Positions 54,101-64,000 of a stretch of 64,000 nt of DNA are shown in pieces. The stretch lies in the NCBI GenBank assembly GCA_965285935.1, contig OZ260663.1:16244001-16308000 (forward strand), read 5' to 3'. The notes below the pieces were generated by a model. It saw only the letters and a list, made by a program, of their open reading frames with translations. It searched no databases and was not told where the DNA came from. Numbering within the stretch: position 1 is the first letter of the stretch; the number at the start of each line of letters is the position of its first letter. The translations under genes were made by a program, and so were the position numbers. Source of the DNA: Ophelia neglecta (Eukaryota).

Positions 54101-55396
54101 AGCCCCTACCGTGGTGCTACATACCTAACGCCTAGCTGCTGCTTAACCACCACCTAGCTGCTACAAACCGGCTATCTAGAAAAAACGGAAGTGGATACCC
54201 GGCAGATAACACCAGATCATAAAATCTATAATAGGCCATTGATCGGTCTGAAATAATCTGAAACTCACAGTTCGGTAATACTGGTTCTGTAATACCTAAC
54301 TAGCTGTTACCTAGGAGCTATCAGTGTCGTCTGGTAACAAGGCAGCTGTTGTGATTTGGAATATTTCGACTGAGAAAGTAGCTCCCTGACTGTTTTCAAT
54401 GGCCAATGGCGACACATTGATATATTTACCATTTCAGACTGGGCCGATCACGGTGTCCACTTGCGTGCAGGCAGTAACCCTCTCCCCCAGGCCGCGGCTG
54501 GAGGCTATTCAGAAACACATCTACCGTCCGTCTCAGACACTATCGTCTGTACTCCTTCAAGTAGAGGTAAATAATCATTTATTAAAAGAAGGAAGTGTTA
54601 TGAAAGAGTGACATAAATAACATCATGTTATAAAAAGCGAAAGAATACCATGCGGAAAAAAGCAAGTAGTTTTGTTACGAATAATTATCAAACATTTTCC
54701 CCCGGACGGTTACCCTTGTGAACCTTAGCTGTTAAAATATTGGTCATTTTTAACATTCTTTTTTACGGTTAACCATTTTTAGGTTATGTGTCGTTTGTAA
54801 GCGATAGGAGCTTTTACATTAGAACACTTGTAAAGATTTTCGCTCAATTCGCTTGTACAGAAGATGTGTACAGATTGCTTACAATGGTAAGATAGTTTGG
54901 TTTTACTTCTATTCATGTTCTTCTACCGTGTAAAAAAAGCAGAGTCTATCCGGCAGACATGCCTAATCACGAATAACCCATCAGTTTGGTCCGAACTTGT
55001 ATAGAAACCTCCAGCTGCAGGTTGCCAATATCAGTCCCCAGTACCTTAGCTTTAAATAAGCTTGCAAAGGGACAACTTAGGAATTCTTATTATAAATGTT
55101 TCAGTTTGAATGTTAATAAGAGGCTCTAGAAGTAAATAGTGTTTTACTCAAAATTTTTCCTGGAATAAAAATAATTTTCATGCAATGTTATTTCGGCTAC
55201 ACAAATATTTGATAATTTGTGGACATTTTCGCAGGTAAATCGAGAGGTCAGTAAAGATACAGTGCGTGCAATTACACCTGGGTCTACGATTCCAACGGAC
55301 CACAAACAGATGCCACACTTCGGCAGCACATTGAGGAACACGCTGTACTTCTTCCCGTGTCCTGGAGGTAAGGACGGAACCGACTGGCAAACATGA
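49828..55396 (+). CDS. Ankyrin-repeat/caspase (peptidase C14A) fusion gene, ~748 aa (756 aa with the alternative last exon)
   Basis: join(49828..51178,51794..51882,52489..52680,52996..53215,54438..54566,54783..54886,55235..55396). All introns are GT-AG with compatible phases (1,0,0,1,1,0) and no internal stop. Contains ANK repeats, then YEM..KG..F..D..L..LGFQV, ILSHG, GKPKVVIIQACQG, LPSVSD..GYVSF, VNREV and KQMP..STLRNTLYFFP. Confidence 0.85.
51794..51882 (+). CDS. ANK-caspase coding exon 2 (linker GVRWVPFRPSDHIDVKCSTAEHYADRADDW)
   Basis: Acceptor TTTGCTTTTGTCGGATTCCAG, donor TGG|GTACGT; 89 nt converts phase 1 to phase 0, exactly as needed to join the flanking exons. Confidence 0.75.
52489..52680 (+). 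CDS. ANK-caspase coding exon 3 (start of large subunit)
   Basis: TTTTGCAG|ACA...GAG|GTATGA; TYEMGHAYKGKAGIIAIHTFSGNMNNLLGYKQDTEDLAALWDGLGFQVVVP...LTAE. Confidence 0.88.
52817..52920 (-). mobile_element. Family B MITE, internally deleted, in a caspase intron
   Basis: TTAAG|CAGTGGTGGATCC...AATCCGCCACTG|TTAAT; 104 bp. Confidence 0.8.
52996..53215 (+). CDS. ANK-caspase coding exon 4 (catalytic His and Cys)
   Basis: CTCTAG|GAG...GGAG|GTAAGT; EIQSAVKQFARE..CAVLCILSHGGEGFLYGSDG..NCIQMAGKPKVVIIQACQG; His codon 53077-53079, Cys codon 53206-53208. Confidence 0.92.
54438..54566 (+). CDS. ANK-caspase coding exon 5 (intersubunit linker, start of small subunit)
   Basis: ATTTCAG|AC...AGAG|GTAAAT; DWADHGVHLRAGSNPLPQAAAGGYSETHLPSVSDTIVCTPSSRG. 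Confidence 0.85.
54783..54886 (+). CDS. ANK-caspase coding exon 6
   Basis: CATTTTTAG|GT...ATG|GTAAGA; GYVSFVSDRSFYIRTLVKIFAQFACTEDVYRLLTM. Confidence 0.88.
55235..55396 (+). CDS. ANK-caspase coding exon 7 (stop at 55394-55396, or donor after 55367)
   Basis: TTTTCGCAG|GTA; VNREVSKDTVRAITPGSTIPTDHKQMPHFGSTLRNTLYFFPCPG(GKDGTDWQT*); internal GAG|GTAAGG donor at 55367/55368. Confidence 0.85.
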   Translation, partial: VNREVSKDTVRAITPGSTIPTDHKQMPHFGSTLRNTLYFFPCPGGKDGTDWQT

Positions 55397-56690
55397 CCGA
55401 GTTAAATTGCGTCTCGGATAGCGGTGGTGACTGCCCTAATATAAATCATTCCACCGAGCATGGGTCATGGTACGAGATCAACTTTGATGAACAATATTCG
55501 ATAGTTTTTTCCATGAGAGTGATCGTAATGAGGTTATACAAACAACAAAATACTAAATATTGTGTTCAAGTTAGTTGTGTATGGTTGTCCTTGTCAACCA
55601 GAGACACATTGTTGTAACATGTCAATGCATTTCTTTCTTAATTATTATACCTCGCTTCTCAAATAATTATTTAGTTATTATGATATATATTTCATATGTA
55701 GTGATCAAAAAAAACTCACGGGATCCCCACTTAAGTGGGTATATTTCATTCTGCTATATTGAAACAAGCAATTATATGTCATACATATATGGCATAGCAT
55801 GATATAACAATATTCATCCATACATTAAAGCTAATACATATTGAACAAAATGAGATGACATATAAACATGTGCATATAAGCTCCTGATGCATTTAAATCT
55901 TTCGATATAGCTATTCAAGGGTATTGTGTAATATGTTTTGAAATATGTTTCTAAGTCAAGGCACATTGGGAAACGTCAACTACTGCCGAATGTTGATAGA
56001 CGATTTAAGGTGAAATAGCTATGAAGCGGAGGATATAGATTTTTATAACTGTTTACGTGGAGTATACGAAGCTTTAGCTTGTACTTTATTAATGACATAT
56101 TATATATGAGCTACTGAAGTTTACATTTGAACAGCAATGTTATCATATTTTCAAGACGGAAAATAAAAGCGCTCCTCTGAGAACCAGTAGCAAAACTCTG
56201 ATTAGTCTGGTAATTGCATTTACTAACTATGCTTCAAATTCAGGGCGGCAACAAACACCACTAGTTAAATTCTTGTTGATTCGATCTTTTCAATACCCGC
56301 TTTTCAAATGTCTTTTTGTAATAAGATGCTAGTCTTGAACTTTGCAATATAAAGTACTGGTTTTTCCTCCTATAAAAATAACAAAATTAAACACCATTTC
56401 TCAATTATTATCGATACTGCATACTATTAAGGGTATGTGTTGTTGTCAGGGAATGTGAATGTACGGACAAAATTATTATAGAATTCTTATAGAGTCCTAA
56501 AATAATTATTATATAGTCCTTAAAAATTTCTTGGAAAAATGAACATGTATTGTCATACAGGATTATTGCAATGATTATTGTTAAAACTATATAGAATCGT
56601 CATATTTAATGTTTAAACACTTAAATGTGGCTCATCGTTGCAGGGTGCGTAGTACATACAATGATCTTTATACCTTGTTCCGCGTTTCAG

Positions 56691-56743
56691 AATTTCAAAT
56701 AAGCTTGAAATTGTGCTCACGTGAGCTAGCAGTTTGGATTTGA
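56691..56743 (+). CDS. Candidate terminal coding exon of ANK-caspase (EFQISLKLCSRELAVWI*)
   Basis: Acceptor CCTTGTTCCGCGTTTCAG ending 56690; open when read from the phase-1 donor at 55367; AATAAA at 56827-56832. Confidence 0.45.
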
Positions 56744-58199
56744 TTTAAGAGCCCATGATTGGCCGACACGGCTGTCTCCACGACTAAAAAATGTATAATG
56801 ACGTTCTTGACCTAGAAATCACTCAAAATAAAACTTTTTATACAAATACAGCGTTTCAGTTTGTACCGAATTTATTCCGTACTGCTCCTGTCCCTTATTG
56901 GGAATATGAACTCGTACTTAACACAATTGAAATGGAAATAATACTCTAAGGAACAAACAAAACTACAACTCCCTTTAACAAACCTGAACGGATGTTTCAA
57001 TGGAATCATTGTGATGTGCATTGTGAGATTGGTCCCAGATGATGGCCTGTCTTTAACCAATTTTACCCAAAGAAAAAACTGCTACTTAAGCGGACTAGCC
57101 ATTTGAGAGTCTAATAAAGCTGTATTTTCCGCAGGCTATAAATAATTTTCTATACTTCCTCCTTTAGCCCTTACAAATTCCATATATGGTCATAATATTG
57201 GTATACTTTTCGCTACCTAGTCATACCGAAATTTGTAAATGGTTATAATGACCTCCAATGAAAACTGTTATTGATCACTTCATTTGGTAATGCACAAATG
57301 TGGCTGTCTCGGCAAAATGTTGACAAACTTTTTGATCACATTCGACAAATGCTTGACTACAAAACAGAAGCCGATTTACCAAAGAAACGTAGTTGTACCG
57401 GGACATGTGTTTGGGGTGGACTTTGCATAATGCCTGGTTTTTTTTCAATGCTTTAATACACTGTTCAGCCTTGACATAGGTTCTTAAGCAATGTTTTACG
57501 TACATCTCGGCTGTTTCACATTTGTAGTGGTTTCATGTTGTCACCACACATGCTATGACTAGTCTGTATATACCTCCTGAATTGAACGACTTTAAGTAAC
57601 GTTAGAACGCCTTTTGGCTAGCACGGGCAAAACTAGAATATGAACATTTGGCATGGATGCTACTTTATGGCAGGACACGTAAAGACCACTAGATATGAAT
57701 TTGCATGCTTCTATCAGCTGAATTTGCAAGCTTCCTTCAGCTGTCAAATAACATATATTTTGTTGGTTTTTTTCGTATGCTTTTCATACTTCTCTGGGTA
57801 TCAGAATACTCCTCCTGGATGGGGGGGGGGGGGGGAGGGGTTGTCCTATATTTCAGGTCGTCGATGCTTCATACGGGGTTGAAAAAAAAGGACGCTTGAA
57901 AGACAATAAGCAAAAGTATTCAGTTATTTTTATATATGCACTATTAACGGATTTTGAGAATTATCACAGATTGTCTTATGGTGTCGTTTATGCTTCGTCT
58001 ACGATACTTTTGGACGACAATACATGTTTGACGGCAGATTTATAAGATACTCCCTTATGGCTAATAGCGTTCTGTCTGTTCCTTGGAATTTTCCGAGCCT
58101 GTTGACTGGGTCAATAGACAATTTCTTTCATAAGTTAATCAACTCTGGGGAACACAGGCAAGAATTTAATTCGACAATCTTAATGCGATTTTTACAATG

Positions 58200-58528
58200 A
58201 TAGAAATTAAATTCTTGAGCGATCTTCTGAAGAATCTGATTTGAAACCGTGTCTTATACTTTGTTCCAATAGCCGCCACTCGATTAGCATACACATTTAT
58301 ACAATGACAATCGTATTCAAGATTATGTTGGACAGATCAAGTTTTCTTGAATGTGATAGCGTCTTTGTAAGACTTAATGAGTGTCTCCCTGGCCTACTAT
58401 TTTTTTTTTCTCTTATCAATATTCATTTATGTTTTCCCATTGCCTATATCTTTGTTATTGGTTTTCATAATTTTCATATGTAAAAATGTGCTGGTCGAAT
58501 AAAATGTTCTGAGTCTGAGTCTGAGTCA
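58200..58528 (+). mobile_element. Probable LINE 3' remnant
   Basis: AATAAA followed by a (TCTGAG)3 tail at ~58498-58528, typical of CR1/L2-group 3' ends; 5' boundary uncertain. Confidence 0.4.
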
Positions 58529-59823
58529 TACATTGGGAGGTATAACTGTACCATAATATAGCTCGTTCCTTGTGCGTAGCGGCAAGTTTATGCACAAAAA
58601 TACACCATTTCCAAACGTTTGTAAAACGGAACGCACACAAATAAGTTACTACTATGTTTGATTTCGGATTGTTGCTTATTTTCGGTAGGCTATCAATGGG
58701 GAATTACAAAAATGTTCCTTTAATGAATAAGTATCTCTTCGGGGACCCCTAGGGTGGCGAGTATGGTATCTATATGTGATAGGAAAACGCACGAGAAACC
58801 TGCAACTACCTTATAACACCGTTTTTTGTCATAATTTCTTATATTATCAAACGCGAGGATTGTATAGCGGATATTTTACTATTAAAAGAAAAAACATAAT
58901 ATATAGAATAATAGCAGTGGCAATATTAAAAACCACCCTTGTAGCCTCTACTAAATACAGCTTAGTCGGGCGTTTATATTGCAACAATGCACTCGGAATT
59001 ATAGTTATAATAACACATAATTCAACCAAGAGCAATATTGATTTTCTTGATCCTATACCATACTCTTTGTGCTAACATCCTTTAACACCGTGCGAAGGTC
59101 TCGATGATGACATAATTTTATGGCATGTTCCATTTTCTGACATAAGTCATTGATTGCGGAGCATAACGGTTAATTGTGAATCAAACGGCCATGAGGCAAT
59201 TGGGTCACAACAGAATGCTGTTCTATACTGTTGTCACTCGTCCTGACAGTTAATTTTTTCTATTGGAAATGATTTAAGTGTACAAAAATGGTTAACAGTT
59301 AACACCAAGTTGTGTCGTGGAATTGAGGAGCCTGGTATAAAATCCGACCATTTTAGTACAATGGGAATTCATCATTCTTCACCTTATTTTCTCCCTGTTT
59401 GAATAATAATTTTTTTTAAATATTGGTTACTTGCACTTTTTACTATAAGAATCCAAACAAATCATTTATTTAGCTCGTTTCGTATTTTTTCTCCTTATTC
59501 GGGGGTTTAAACAGTTGTGGGTACAGCAGAAAAACACCACCAGCAGCAGGCACAAGAAAGTGATAGGTATTGCGGCAGCATCAGGGAAAACACAAACAAA
59601 AGACCACCCGAAATTCCTTACACTTGCCATTTTATTATTCTGGTTGATCTTTTTTCCATTGTTGTAGCAATATATTTCAAGTATGTTAACTATTTGCATA
59701 ATATACATAAACAAAACTAAAGGCTACTTTAAAAAAAAATGCTTTGGGTAGCTATTTCTATCCAGACTTTACGAAAATATCATCTTCAATTCTCAATGGT
59801 CCAACAGATAAAGCCATGGACTT

Positions 59824-63685
<3,862 letters not shown>

Positions 63686-64000
63686 CTTAAAAAGTGAGTA
63701 GCGATTAAACTCTGTACTTTGTAAGCTTAGTGAGTAGATACAACATAAAAGGAAAGCACAGAAATTCATTCCCTAGCGATCCCCCCCCCCACCCTGGTTA
63801 GTTTGATATGCTCCTTCCATGATGAAAAAGAGTCAACCAAGACACCAAGAAATTGTGTCTCTCCGACCTGGAGACTTATTCATTTTTAATAATTACACCA
63901 CTTTTCCAAAAACCATAAAGTTTGTCTTCTTTACATTGAGGGTTAGCTTCTTTATTTCAAGCCAACGAATTTCGGAATTAAGTTGAGAAACAATATCATT

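Overview
Eukaryotic (animal) genomic DNA: AT-rich, intron-containing and MITE-rich. The repeat types and gene content suggest a lophotrochozoan, probably a mollusc (inference). Three protein-coding genes can be rebuilt by hand. (1) 16477-18489 (+): an intronless 670-aa predicted type-I membrane protein with signal peptide, four Cys-rich modules resembling DUF7042/7043/7044, a central ShKT domain and a C-terminal TM helix. (2) 49828 to 55396 or 56743 (+): a 7-8 coding-exon gene that the ORF track splits up. A 1.35-kb ankyrin-repeat exon splices in frame to a complete caspase (C14A) domain with intact SHG and QACQG. Both S1-pocket arginines that give caspases Asp specificity appear replaced by hydrophobic residues (Leu, Val), and the intersubunit linker lacks its Asp cleavage site. 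This ankyrin-caspase with apparently re-programmed specificity is the main discovery candidate. (3) 59824-63685 (-): the last six coding exons of a cathepsin L, convergent with the caspase; its 5' end lies beyond the window. The rest is non-coding. It holds about 10 pogo/Tc1-mariner-type MITEs (TA TSD), about 7 hAT-like MITEs with 5-bp TSDs, a 1.84-kb element with ~295-bp TIRs, CACTG ends and a 6-bp TSD, a SINE, LINE remnants and minisatellites. All alignments were done by eye; no database searches were run.
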